A DNA stretch of 63,073 nt, the filler included, from Basidiobolus ranarum (taxonomy: Eukaryota), in assembly GCA_040143965.1 (NCBI GenBank). It is 17 parts of 17 records of this genome, joined end to end, with 100 filler letters (N's around TTAATTAATTAA, not from the genome) between each part and the next. Parts side by side here need not be neighbours in the genome. Positions count along the whole stretch, not along the records: positions 1 to 3,626 come from JASJQH010009247.1; positions 3,727 to 7,351 come from JASJQH010009248.1; positions 7,452 to 11,075 come from JASJQH010009249.1; positions 11,176 to 14,798 come from JASJQH010009250.1; 13 more parts are not named here. One strand, given 5' to 3'. Position 1 is the first letter of the stretch. Every line of letters begins with the position of its first letter. The position numbers and the translations under genes are program-made. The notes under the pieces were generated by a model that worked only from the letters and a program-made list of their open reading frames with translations, was not told the origin of the DNA and did no database searches. Shown one piece after another: positions 1 through 12,797 of the stretch.

Positions 1-971
1 ATAGCATCCAATGGATTGTCATCTCCCATGAAAACCTTTCTAATTTGGATTTCTTCATATTCCACAAACCAATTTTTTTCATTTGTGAAACATTGGGGAA
101 GCTCCAGAATCAATGTACCATGACTGAGAATCCATGTTGGTAGTCATAGCTAGAGCCGATATGAACAAGTGATCTTTTGTTGTAACCACATTTCCAAATT
201 CAGTATGTTTTTCTTCTTTTGCAATTCCTTTATAGCAATCTTTGCTTAAATGGCCAGTTCTTTTGCAGAAATCCACAATGTGTTACTTTTCTACTTTAAT
301 TGCTTTAGGCCTTTATAGAAAGGCTTCCCATAGCCTGTTAAAGCATTTTCAACATTCTTTTGGTTGGATCCTGATTTGTGTAAATCTTCATCCAGAAGTC
401 TGCCAAATACATAATTTAAGGTCAAATTTTCAATTTTGGATACTAGAGCCATTACTAGGCTCTGCAACTCATGTGGCATGCTATTCAGGACTGTAACTAT
501 AAAATCTTGATCAGTAGTAGGTACTCGAATGCACTCCATTTCATCCACTAAAATAGTGACTCTTTTGATTAGTGATTTAATGTCTTCTGCTGGCTTCATC
601 TTCAAGTTAAAGAATTGTCTTCTTAGAAACATCTTGATGGTGGAAGAACTTGTTTGGTACATGGCTTCCTAGGTTCACCATACATTCTTGGCAGTTTTAG
701 CTCTTGAACATTGAATTAGCAATATGTCTTTAACATTAAGACAAGTTATGCTAAAGATACTTTGTTATTTTTTTACCTGGAGTAAAACTTGGGTTTCGGA
801 TAGTTTTGCATTGTTTTCTTCTCCTACAACAGTGTACCAAAGTTCTTTTTCTTGCAGCAGCATTTCATTTTAATTTTCCAAACTTGAAAATTGGCTCCAT
901 GCAATTTTTCAGAAGAGGGAAAAGTTTGAGAGATAGACTCTATAGAGAGTGTTGGCTCAGAGCTCATAACC
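1..971 (-). mobile_element. Ty1/copia family A internal region: decayed gag and protease
   Basis: Gag-like ORF 291-662, zinc knuckle C(D)FCKRTGHLSKDC, protease motif WYIDSGAS, PBS GGTTATGAGC at 962-971; stops and frameshifts. Confidence 0.9.
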
Positions 972-1319
972 TGTTAAAGTACTTAGGAGCCTGTTGGAAG
1001 TAGTTTGGAGAATTACAGGAAATGGTGGTTTTCACTTATTGATTTATTGAATAGAGAGTTGACATTTATAGTTTTGCCAAGATGTAAACAAGTCAACATA
1101 TAGAATGTGTTAAGGAAGGTCCGAGCAATATGAATGCAAAGTGTGGGACTTCTAGCTTAAGTTTGAAAAATCTATATATCTAAGATCTTCCAAGTTGGTA
1201 AAAATATTCAAAGTATATTCCAATTGAGAATAATGGATAATATCTTAGTGAATTATAAGATAACTAAGTACTAAGCTATATTTGACTATATAGGTGTTTA
1301 GGCAAAGCTAATTTCAACA
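972..1319 (-). repeat. Copia LTR family A (348 bp), 5' LTR
   Basis: TGTT...AACA termini, PBS directly adjacent, homologous copies at 22340, 36043, 37208, 37744 and about 38085. Confidence 0.9.
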
Positions 1320-3150
1320 GAAACATTGTAGACTCTTCTAAGCTGGCATTGTTTTTGATGTGTACTACTAGCTGATGAACCAACTTGTTGAGCACTTGCC
1401 CTTGTTGGAGATATTATCTCAATTCTAGTGATGAGTTGCTTAGCTTCTTCTCCTGAAATAGATACTTTGTCAGGAGTCTCTTAGATTTGGAGTGATCTAG
1501 TACATCTGTTCAACAGTCTAGACTGCTCTAATTTGCCCACAGTAATATCTTCTGATTCAAAAAATTGTCTTGCTTTTCTCTTTACACCTCTGATGATTAC
1601 TCTAGCCACAGTGTTTTGAAATGTTGTTTTGAAATCTGAAAACTCCATCAACAGTTGCTGCAAAGTCTTATTGAGTAGTGGTAGATATCCATTTAGAACA
1701 TCTTTTGTCTCTAGAGTTGAGAGTTATTAAATTTTGGAAGTGGTGGTTTTCTGTACCAAAGTAGGTTGTGAATCAGGAAGAATCTGTTTTGAGATGATCC
1801 ATAAATACTATATATATATATCTATGATGTTAGACTGTCTTGGTTACAATCAGAATCAGGTGTCTTTTAATATTGTTGGTTAAAATGTTGATGTTAATTT
1901 CCTTTAGTGTGATCAAGCATAAAGCATTCTGCTGTGAGCCATTTATAAATATAGCGATCCAAATCAAAGTATGATTAACTATGCTGATGCAGTTTATTTC
2001 ATAATTTCCATGCAATTACATATAATTGAAACATTTGGGGTAGTACTTGTAAACCAAAGTTTTATTATACAGAATGTGGGAAACTTACAATGATAATTGA
2101 AATTTGTAGCTAAGTAACTCACATATACCAGATCAAACAGTATCATGCTAGCTCAATACAAGATTAATATCATGCTCTCCATCTACTCTAAATGGTCATT
2201 CCTCATTAATCCAAAAGCAAATACTGGCTTTCCTATCACCATCCCAGAAGCAATATTAGTGAAATACTGTGGCTCATATATTTCAATACTTACCAGAAAG
2301 CAGCTAGTGATTTTATTTCATTACTACCAGAACTATTGTCCAATCAGATTTCAGTGCACTATCAATGGTAGTAAAAGTGTTAGAAGCTTCCATTCCAGGG
2401 TATGAGTAAGTAAGAATTAGGTCTGCACTGCTAATATATCCTGCTTAAACAGTTCTAAGATTCTCCACTAAACTCTTTCTTTGCCTCAGTATGGTTAATG
2501 ACTTTTTATCCACTTTTCTTGTGGACACAACACTGTATAGTTGGGTGATTATAATCCCTTCACTTGTTCTATTGCTGGAAAGAAAAGCATCTAGTCTATT
2601 CATTAATGATTCATTATTACTCAAGTTAGTTTCCAGCAGGTTACTGCCTTCCACGGTGATAGTGGATCACTAGACTGCTCATTAATCAAGTCCTCTGTTC
2701 TTGCTGGCTTTTTCCCTGTTGTGCCAGCAGGCTTTTGCATGGAAGCCTATTTTGATTTAGATTTTGAATGCTTTTTCTATGGCTTTCAAATTTTCAGATG
2801 GCAAGCTTGCTGTAATGATTTTGCTTAAAAGCAGTTTATATTAAACTGAAATTGCCATCCATTTCTGGAAGTATCTTCCAAATTTCCTGATAACTCATCT
2901 GTGACACCCCTTTGAGATTTGACAGATGATATTGATGGGATATAGCTAAAATACCACCCTAGCATAGGAGGTGTTTTTTTTCAAGAATATCCTTCTCATA
3001 TCCACCACACAAGCAATTAAAGAAGACCAGTTATCATTTCACAAAATCTTATGTATGAAAGCTGGAAGCTTCATAAAAAATGATCACAAGCATGGTAATT
3101 GTTCAAAGCCAGTAGCTGCATTCCCAGTCCTTGTCCAGTTCCATATTGTG
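1320..3150 (-). pseudogene. Decayed coding remnant of unknown family (probably repeat-derived)
   Basis: Protein-like minus-strand segments (ORFs 1481-1663, 2445-2654) broken by stops; CpG-poor like the TEs; no recognisable domain. Confidence 0.3.
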
Positions 3151-3626
3151 CATCTGGTCTGGAATCATTGCATATGCAGTACTTCAAAAAAACTCTGAGA
3201 TTAGCCACATCAGGTTTACTTCCAAACCAAGCTTGATAAGGTGTCATAGTCAATAGAGACCTACAAGGATATCTATTCCTAATATATACTGCAGTTGCAA
3301 CCAATTCAGCCCAGAACTGTTTTGGTAAATCTTGATCATGAAGCATTGATCTTGCCTTTTCCATTATTGATCTGTTTGCATGTTCTGCTACTCCATTCTG
3401 CTGTGGAGAATATGGCACTGTAGTCTGCTGTTTTATCCCATGTGTTGAGCAGAAGTTAGAGAAGAGTTTTGAGGTATATTCCCCTCCATTATCAGTACGG
3501 ATAATCTTAATCTTTAGACCTGTTTCAGTCTCCACCATTGCTTTGAACTTCTTGAAGGTATCAAAGGCTTCATCCTTACTGGCCAGAAAGTACACCCAAG
3601 TATACTTTGTCTTATCATCAATAAAG
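3150..3626 (-). mobile_element. Ty1/copia integrase (rve) fragment
   Basis: IRTDNGGEY, TVPYSPQQNGVAE(H)ANRSIMEKARSML, FWAE, LRVF motifs. Confidence 0.95.
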
Positions 3627-3726
3627 NNNNNNNNNNNNNNNNNNNNNNNNNNNNNNNNNNNNNNNNNNNNTTAATTAATTAANNNNNNNNNNNNNNNNNN
3701 NNNNNNNNNNNNNNNNNNNNNNNNNN

Positions 3727-3836
3727 CTTCCAGAAATTGTAATTTTCTCCATCAAGCTTTCCAACACTTGAGTTAATAAAAGTGGTAGTAGTGGTGTCTG
3801 TCATGCTGTAAAGGTTAGAACATGGGGCTCATAACC
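3727..3836 (-). mobile_element. Copia family C PBS and gag N-terminus
   Basis: PBS GGTTATGAGCCCC then MTDTTTTTFINSSVGKLDGENYNFWK, the typical copia gag start. Confidence 0.85.
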
Positions 3837-4214
3837 TATTAGGAAAATATGGGCTGTTTGGAGGAACTTTAGAAAAGTGGAGTTTTGAATAGCTTTGTGA
3901 GATAATTGTGTATTGTCCAGAAATAAAGCATTAATACTTTTTGATGGAAATACAGAAAACTAACACAGGGGTTGTGTCCAGAACATCTGTGGGAGTAAAA
4001 TGAGCTATCTTTGGGGCAATTTGGATGAGTTTGAAATTTACAATATGGAATTGCTAATTCTCATATTATTGACATATATATATAATATATGTTCCAATTT
4101 TCAGATAAGTGATATTTGAATAAGTAATGTTAACCAACTTATATCTGATATATGAAATAGCTAGGTGTATAAGCACAGAGATAACAAATATGATAAAGAC
4201 AATAAACTTCAACA
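3837..4214 (-). repeat. Copia LTR family C (378 bp)
   Basis: Adjacent to PBS; reverse-complement copies at 36672-37048 and 44634-44823. Confidence 0.88.
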
Positions 4215-6705
4215 ATAATTAGTTGGTGCATCAAATTCTTGAAGTCCGGCAATTTTTAATCTGTCCCAAAGGACTAAGTCTTCTTTTGTGACTCCTTGTT
4301 TATCCACAAGCTGATATGTCTGGAATGGGCATACTCTGATAACTTTGAAAAGTCATGTCTAAAAGGGTTCAAACTTCTTCTTTGTAGTTTTTCTCAAGAG
4401 CATAATGGTTTCTTCAGCAATTGATTGTTTATAATGTTGTTGCAACAAAGCTTCATTTTGGAGTCACTTGTTTCAACTCTGGCTTTTGCTGCATTTTTCT
4501 CCCCAGTAAGCTTGGCCTTTGCTATTGTTTGGCTATGTTCATCTTCCTTAAGGTTGTCAAGTTCAAGTGTGCAAGGTGTCTCCTAGGCTCTTTGGATGAA
4601 ATCCAATGACATAGTAGAAAGAGGACCTCTGAGTGATACTATATACTCGGATGTTGTTGGCAAATAAAGCTGGAGCAATGTGCTCATCCTACTTTTGTGT
4701 AGATCCATTGGCATACTTAGATAATGTCTTGCCAAAAAGTTTAATTAATCTCTTGGTGAATCCATTAGTTCTTGACTGATGGGCTTAGGTACTCAAATGC
4801 ATGATATTTTGAAGTTCCAAATAGGCTCTGAGGGTCTTTGCCATAAAGTTAGCTCATATGTCTGAAAGAATTTGAAGAAGGCATCCAAGCTTAATCAAAA
4901 TTTTGATGTTGTATAAAACTTACAACTTCTTCTTCACTGGTGACAGGCAACTTGCATTCACAAACAAGACTGGTTCTCCCCATGGTGGCTTACTTGGTCT
5001 TATATATCCTTGCTCTATGAGTTGGTGAATCTACTTCTTGTAACTCCAAGAGACTCATGGGACTGGGTGGTTTGCTCATAGGTTCACTGTCTCCTGTATC
5101 AATTGCATGGTCTACTTCTTTGGCAGGTGGAAGCTCTGTTAATTCCCATATAAATACATCTTGTTATTCCTGCAATACTTCTATCATTGCAGTTGGGATA
5201 TTAGTCAACTCCATGTCCTGCAATAGAGCAAATAGAAACATATCTTGAATCTTCCCGACAGCTTGGCTTGATTGACTTTTACTGGCCAACATATCACCCT
5301 TCTGGCTGTTCTCAATAAGGCTTTACTCCATTTTGGCAGGGGTAAGTTGAAAAGGCTTGCCTTCTGTTATCACAGTAATCTCATGGCTTCTCCAGTCTAT
5401 ATTTAGATATCTCTGAAATAGCCAAGTCTTTCCAAGCACTAAATAAAAATACAGCTTTCAAACAAGATAAATATTCATGTGATGCTCTTGAGTCAATCAT
5501 AAGTCTGGCAGTAGTTCTATTTATTACTTGATTGCAATATAGTACTCTCCTGAGTTCCCATTCACATTGCAAAGATACTCAGCAGCTTGTTGTAAAGTGG
5601 CCTCACCTTCTTCTTCCTGATTGTAGTCTGCCTCTTCCATAGTCTCAACAATTTCAAAGCTCTTGTTACTTTTATTTGGCTTTCTGTATGGAAAAAGTCT
5701 GGCATTGTGTTCCTTCATATGGCATGTGAAGTGCAATTGTCTTTGCTTAAATTCTTGAGTAGTGAGTGCTCTGTTGATGAAATAAATCTCTATGGGAGTT
5801 CCTTCCATTGGCCTCCTGCAGTAACTTCAGTGTTGTCTGTTCTTCATATCATGTGGTCTTCTTTCATCATGCATGGCTGTGTAATAGGTGATTGCAATCT
5901 TAATTGCCTGTTGTAAGGTGTGTGAGGCCTGGTGGTTTACTTCTATTTTGGTCCTTCCTTTCAGTTCTTTGACACAGTGTTGTCTGTCCTCCATATCATA
6001 TGGTCTTCCTTCATCAAACATCGCTATGTAATAGGTGATTGCCATCTTAATTGCCTGTTCAAAGGTGTCTGGGGCTTGGTTGTTTACTTCTAACTTGGTT
6101 TTTCCTTTCAATCCATTGAAAAAGTTTTCCACCTGGTCATACTAAAGCATATTGTTGATCTGGTCCAGTAGGCTTTTGAACCGGTACATATACTCCACCT
6201 GCACAGTTTCTAGTTGATTCAACTATGTTAGTTTACTCCTAAGTAGTTGTGGCTGATATGGTGGCTCAAAGGCATCCTGATTCTCTTGGATAAACTGTTC
6301 CCAAGTAGTGATTGGTGGTAGTTCTACTGTGGCTTCTGCCATATATCTTTTATGATACCACTGAAGTGCTGTACTGGTCAGATATGTAGCTGCATAGTAT
6401 AGCTTGCAGACATCTTGTACTTCTCTGGATTTGAAGGCTTCTTCTAGCTGTAACATCCAAGTTGCAAGATTTTCATTTACTTCACCAGGGTACAGGTCAA
6501 CTTTGATTCTCATTGCACTTCTTGACATGGTTGGTCCAGATTGGTTCTGGTTAGAATTAGCAATTCCTTGCTGTTACTGGCTCAAAAGCTGCAGATGTTG
6601 GGACTGCTGGGTAATGATCAGTTCTATGTAAGATTTCAATTTGTATCTTTCTGAGATAATAAAGGCTGTTCTTCAGGGTGAAAAATATATTGTCACTGCT
6701 ACCAA
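4215..6705 (-). mobile_element. Decayed Ty3/gypsy internal region: gag, protease, largely deleted RT, integrase remnant
   Basis: Retrotrans_gag-like ORFs 6223-6528 and 5827-6132, protease LMIDSRASHEY, integrase-like remnant near 4600-4950, PBS TGGTAGCAG at 6696-6704. Confidence 0.8.
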
Positions 6706-7159
6706 TGTTATATCTCTTTATTAGCCAAGAGTTATTGGGGGTTAAGTAGACTAGTATTATATTTCCTAGACCTGGACTGAGGTTTATTGAAGGAGATACT
6801 CCAGTATTTATACTTAAACTGATAGATCTGACAAGTAATGACTCATCCACTGATTACTAATCTAATTACTTTATAAGGATCTAGCTACATCATACTGCAG
6901 TGGCTCAATTCTTGCACAAGACATCCTAGGGTTGCATAGAAATTGGCTGGTACATGTTGGGGTGGCACAGTCAAGATGATTTTGTGACCATTCATGGATC
7001 ATTGTCAAAAGAATATCCTAAGACCTATTAGAACTAGGTACAGGAAGATCATATGACTGCTACTAATATAGACTGATAACTAGATAATAGAAAGCTGATA
7101 ACTGATGGTACTGATAGAAATATATTGGAGACAATACTGTTTTACTGATAGTATGAATA
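6706..7159 (-). repeat. Probable 5' LTR of the gypsy element, interrupted by LTR-D
   Basis: Minus-strand ...TAACA end 1 nt before the TGGTAGCAG PBS; far boundary not resolved. Confidence 0.55.
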
Positions 7160-7351
7160 TGTCATGATTCTGATCTCGGCATACTGATCCACTGCATATG
7201 GAACTCTTCTATTATTAGATTATGACATCATATCTACTGAGCCATCCCTTCTCGGCAATCTGGTGTCAGTTCATCCAGATTACCTTATATGGAAGTCATG
7301 TTCTTTGGAACATTCCATGAAACCTAACCAATCATGTCATCCCACACATAG
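7160..7351 (+). repeat. LTR family D, truncated by contig end
   Basis: Starts TGTCATGATTCTGATC; near-identical to 21318 onward. Confidence 0.85.
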
Positions 7352-7451
7352 NNNNNNNNNNNNNNNNNNNNNNNNNNNNNNNNNNNNNNNNNNNNTTAAT
7401 TAATTAANNNNNNNNNNNNNNNNNNNNNNNNNNNNNNNNNNNNNNNNNNNN

Positions 7452-7789
7452 ACTCGTGGTTGACTAGAGACAACCCATCCATTGACATTTCGGGCACTGT
7501 TGGGCCAGGTGCGAGCATCACCCCACCACTCCGTATGCTGGCAGGTGAGCTCATAGAAGCGTGCATCAGCCCAGTCTGTACATTGGCCATTGTTGAAGCG
7601 GAAACTGCGAGAGCAAGATGCCAGCATGCTGATATTAGCGAGTTTACTAGATGTACCAGCTACCTCAGTTTGGTTTGAGGAACTAGGAGCCGCGACTGCA
7701 TTGTGAGTTGGTAAGGCCTCAACGGAAGAGGCTATGAAAGTGGCGGCTGCGAGGAACACACAAGATAAAGCGGATGTAAGATTGACCAT
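7452..7789 (-). CDS. Secreted CHAP-domain (cysteine/histidine-dependent amidohydrolase/peptidase) protein, 3'-truncated
   Basis: Signal peptide MVNLTSALSCVFLAAATFIASSVEA, then GQCTDWADAR...WWGDARTWPNSARNVNGWVVSSQPR, matching the CHAP pattern GQCTxYA..R...WGNA..W...A...G..V...P. Confidence 0.8.
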
Positions 7790-9887
7790 GATGATGTCTA
7801 ATAGTATGTTTCTAGTAGTAATCCAGTACTATTTTATAATTGAACATCCACTGTCATTTTATACAATTTTCGTGCCAACTCTCTCCACGATTGATAACAT
7901 TCGCTCGAAGTGACTCCCAGATCCCAGTCCACTCTTTTCCAATCTAGAAGAAGTACCGACTACTAATACCATAAGAGGAGTTTTTATCGTAAATTTCAAT
8001 GTATGGTTACCATTACTTCAAGTTTCATTTATTGACAAAATTCTCTAACGAATGAAGATTTAATCTGATGGGGAATTAGATGATCATTCGTGGGACTCGT
8101 GGTTGTGATTATAAGTAATCCAATTGAGATGTTGGCAAGCCAATTATTCCAAAAAGATACGTTTTAATACCACTTTAGAGTATTGCTTGTGTGATGGAGT
8201 TTAGAAATTGTTAGCCTTGCCATAAGACCAATAGGTTAGTACTATAATAATATAGCGTATTCCGATTTTACCGCAATTCCAATGGATTTTCCATGTTAGG
8301 CTAAATTTTGGTGATATGAATGTTAACTTTGGTTGAACACCGAGTCTAAGAGTAGCTTTCCTTTGTTTTTAATTAAAACAGTCGACGCACTTGTTTGCAT
8401 GGCCTTACTACCCCGATTATTATACTATGAGCAATGTTCCATTGGGCTATCTGGCTGAGAACATTTAAGCAAGATGCATCTAGTTTCTGATGCTCTAGCA
8501 ATATCTAAAAGGAGTTTAAGAAAAATCGCAACACTATTAATTATTCATCGATAACCAAAGAAGTTATTTTGCAAATCCAACTCCCTTGGGGTTAATCAGC
8601 TTAAGCTACAAGAATCACACAGGCTCTCATCTGAAAATGAGTGTTTATTTTTCAGCCACGCAGTTCATTATACATGGAAGTGGTGATTATTTGCTTGTCG
8701 CAAGTAGACATTCGTTTCTGTTATCTTGAAGTAAAGGGAATATAATTTACTCCAAGTCCTTAATGGTAAGTGCAATGTACGACACTATCAAACCGGATTA
8801 TCAGACTTAGATGGCCCTGTTACGGGATTCTCTTGACAACGGGAACGCGGAACTAGAAATGACAATAGTCTGGTTCCGAACTTAATGTTGGCTTGGATTT
8901 TAGTTCACAAAATTCTCGGAAAAAATCGGTGTTTCTTTTATAGGGAATAAGTATTTAATGGGATCCAATAGAGTTATATCAATATCTGAACATAAGATAG
9001 AATAAGTTGGCTTATTTGATCTCAATAACAACATAGTCGTTTGATCTCTAAGATCTCTATTGATCAATGGAAATTCAATGTAGTAGTCAACTTTTTATCA
9101 TTTCAACTCATACTCACTAGACTTATGTATTATGCACGGGAATCTCAAGAACTAAGCCAAAGGTAAGGAAGATTAACAGGAGGTTGGTAGTATTCATAAG
9201 AGAATGATAAATCTCCCATTTGGAGTCACTGGTTATCGAAGATCTAGTTAATATTAGCAAGTCTATCCCTGATTTTGACAGACAGGTGGCTAGTAATGAA
9301 GAGGAGTGAAGATCAACCCTTTTCTCTACTGCGTGTTTATGTGCTATTTGCTAAAATACCTGTAAGCTTAGAGCAAGACTAAGAAGGTAGATAATAGTCT
9401 TCGAGTCTAATACTTTAATGCACTCTCGACTTTCTTCATCGTACTAATCGTCTGATCAAAAAGCGCATTTTCAACTTTGCTTAAATTCCCATATATATAT
9501 TATGATTTATTACTATTGATATTTGTGGCATGAAGTAAATATAAAAAATATTCTTGACATACACATAAAATGTCTCTAACATCCATTGATTTTCACTAGG
9601 TTGATCACCCGGATCAATATTGTTAAATAAATACTCTGTATATTACATATATAAACATAAACATTCATCTTGCGCAATACCTGATACTTAACATAACTAT
9701 ATGAAAAGGTTTAGTTAAAGTGGAAATCTGTAGCGCTCTAGAGAGATAGGATGTGTGGATAAGTGTCACGGTGGCTAGCAGAGATGTGAATTTATTTTGA
9801 TATCAAGTACATATAACCAGTATATGCAACCAGTAGTTACTGTAAAGTCGATTCTTTCAATCTCATAAAGTGCATTCGGCACTCCAT

Positions 9888-9963
9888 CTTAAATCCTCTT
9901 GTTGTAGTTATCTGCCTATTAAATCTCCTTTTTGTAGTTATCTACCTATTAAATCCTCTTTTG
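9888..9963. repeat. 30-bp tandem repeat, about 2.5 copies
   Basis: TTAAATCCTCTT(G/T)TTGTAGTTATCT(G/A)CCTA unit repeated. Confidence 0.7.
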
Positions 9964-10211
9964 ATATCCCGTTCATCAATATATCTTCCCCACCATCTGT
10001 ACATTTAAGGAGTGTTACTATGGAAGTTACATTGACTGCAGCCACAGCCATTCAACTTGGTACAATAAAGAAGTCGAATCACCAGTTAAAACATGGACGA
10101 AAGGTATAGGATCAGCTTTATGTTCCGGCCTATACTTGAGTTCAATAACTTGTCCATCCTCTAGAGATTCCATTAATATACTGATGCCATATTTCCCTAA
10201 CTTAGCGGGTA

Positions 10212-11075
10212 ATAAAATTGCTGGTGTTAATAGTTATTCTATTGATATGTATCTATACAGCAATGGCAACTCCAATCACTAGCCATTCACTTCTTGACAG
10301 TCAAGAGTTAGATAACCTCAAAGTTCATGCGAAGTACGCCTCTGGTGCGTACTGCCCACAGCCCTAACTGACAGATTTGTCATGTGGGGCAAGTTGTGTG
10401 GGCCGACTGAACGTAACTTCTTAGGTTAATTACTAGTTGGACCAACTGGGCAAAGAATATGGAATTCTTTCCCTGAATATTTGTCTATCCCATGGCCAAC
10501 AAAGATGTACAGGTTCGCAGTGGGTTCTATGCAACGTATGCTAGTGTCGAGAATACTGTTTACGTAGAGCTTAAGCGGGTCTTGGCATTGTTACAAGAGC
10601 ATACCAATATCTACAAGTTAATCATCACTGGTCATTCTGTGGTGAGTTGAATACATATCTTACTTTCGCAACTATCATTTTCTAGTGGGTGGAATGAATA
10701 TTCGTATTAATGCTATTAAAACGAACATTTTTTATAGCTATTGCTAACATTACTGAAATAAGGTGACGCAGTTGCAACCATTTGTGCGATGAATATCCAA
10801 CGGAGTTACTTCACTCCCAAAAGACAAGATCATTCGAATTAGAGTTACGAATCATCAATAGTTCGCAAATACTCTTGCATTCATATAACCAACCAAAGAG
10901 CTAGAAATTTGTACTTCTCTCAACTAGTACGTAATACCATTGCCTTGAATCGCTCGAGTACAACTTTGGCAAGAATCACTGATAAAGGCGACCCAGCTAC
11001 TAAACTGCCACCACGAAGGATGGGGTATCTTTACCATCCAGATGAGATATACATTGGATATGACAATACCACAGT
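10212..11075 (+). pseudogene. Secreted class 3 lipase pseudogene
   Basis: Signal peptide starting at ATA (lost ATG); KYASGAYC, VRSGFY, LIITGHSV|GDAVA across an intron near 10642-10761, DPATKLPP..GYLYHPDEIYI; in-frame stops and frameshifts. Confidence 0.8.
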
Positions 11076-11175
11076 NNNNNNNNNNNNNNNNNNNNNNNNN
11101 NNNNNNNNNNNNNNNNNNNTTAATTAATTAANNNNNNNNNNNNNNNNNNNNNNNNNNNNNNNNNNNNNNNNNNNN

Positions 11176-11575
11176 AATACTTCGATTTAGCCAAGGTAAG
11201 ACCAGAGAGGTACTACAGAAGAGCCATGAGTTTTTTACTCATCAGTATTCTCCATAACAGAATTGGCCGGTCATCAGAATTATGTAATATCCAAATATTC
11301 GAGCACTTGCAACACAAATCGAATGTCACTGGAGGTACGCCGAGCCAGAACTATGATCCAGTTGTCCCGTTACAAGTAACAGGATCAGGCGTGCCTATAT
11401 TCTTTGTCCATCCTGGTGTAGGTGAAGTCCTTATCTTGACCAACTTGGCCAAGCATTTTGTGAATGAACGTTCATTCTACGCATTGAGAGCTCGAGGATA
11501 TGATGAAATCAATGGAATAAAACTCAACCGGAAGGTCCCTACGCTGTAGCTGGATATTCTTACGGTGGTGTGGTA
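11176..11575 (+). pseudogene. NRPS-like (A-T-TE type) thioesterase-domain remnant, copy 1
   Basis: NYDPVVPLQVTGSGVPIFFVHPGVGEVLILTNLAKHFVNERSFYALRARG, then frameshifted QPEGPYAVAGYSYGGV (GxSxG); intron near 11196-11260. Confidence 0.85.
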
Positions 11576-12797
11576 TGTATCCAATATAGAATCAACTGAC
11601 AATGGTAAAAATAGAGTTGTTTCTTATCATTCTGTTATAATCTCTACTTACCGAATGGAGCACTAAGGACCATGATGATGAACACAATTAGTGTTTATAA
11701 GACAAAGGATGTTCAGTGAAAGCATATAGAAGAAATCGATAGAATTGTTTATAATTTGGAGCTTTAGATGGTTTATTGCTTCATGCTTGATATTAATGAA
11801 TTCAAGGTAACGATGTGGTGCGGGTACATGTATTTGTAAGTTACAAATCATAGCTTTGATTAAGCCTATTACACCTTGAGCCTGAAGATTCGGGCACTTC
11901 TGGTGAAGAAGGCTGTTCTTGTTCAATGAGCTGCAAAGGCTGATATAATGTTCGATCTATTTTCTGTGTTTAATCAAACTGATTTGAATCGGATAAGGCA
12001 AGGCCTGCTTGTGCCGAATTCCGTTGGACCTGCTCAGGTAATGCTTGTTGAGGTAAAGACTGGCCAAGAGTGTTTACTAACTGTGATCAAATGGTATAGT
12101 GTGTGATGAACCTGTATCATCTATTCCTTGTGCATCGTTACCCTCATTATTAAGCCCCAAATCTGATGCTTGAGGCGGTAAACATCTTCAAAGTTAGACG
12201 CTGTGTTGGAGAAATTTCCATGGCAACATCAGAATCCAGTGGCATTTCAAATACTCCTGGTGTAATACTATTATCACTAAATGTCCCAGAATCAACAACT
12301 TCTCCCTGGCCAGATTTTAAGAAAATTCTACTAGATTATCGCTTTAATACTTATGAATCAGAACACTCCACAAAATTCAACTCAGTAGTTAATATTTCAT
12401 GTCAGCTAGCGAGATTTGGTCCAGTCATTTCTTGAAACTATGCACCAAATCATGTTTGCACTTTACATAATTATCATCAGTTCTATATCAATTTAATTTT
12501 GCCATATATTCGAGTTTGTTTTGGAAATTGAGAATGCTCACATGAGCTTCTTATAGTCTTAGAATCTGACTTGATATTTACCCATAGATATATGCTATCA
12601 AGTACAAGCAAATCATCTGCAGTTGAATTTCAAATCCTGTATGCTGGAAATACAAGCTTGGCTAGATATGTTTAAGCCACCTTAGAGTAAGTATAAAATT
12701 GCAAGCATTCGTCGTTCTGATACTGAAGAGCCTCTTGCCTGAGCCTGCAGTGGCACTGGCCTCACTCGGTCTAGGATGAAGGTCCTTTTAACTCTCA

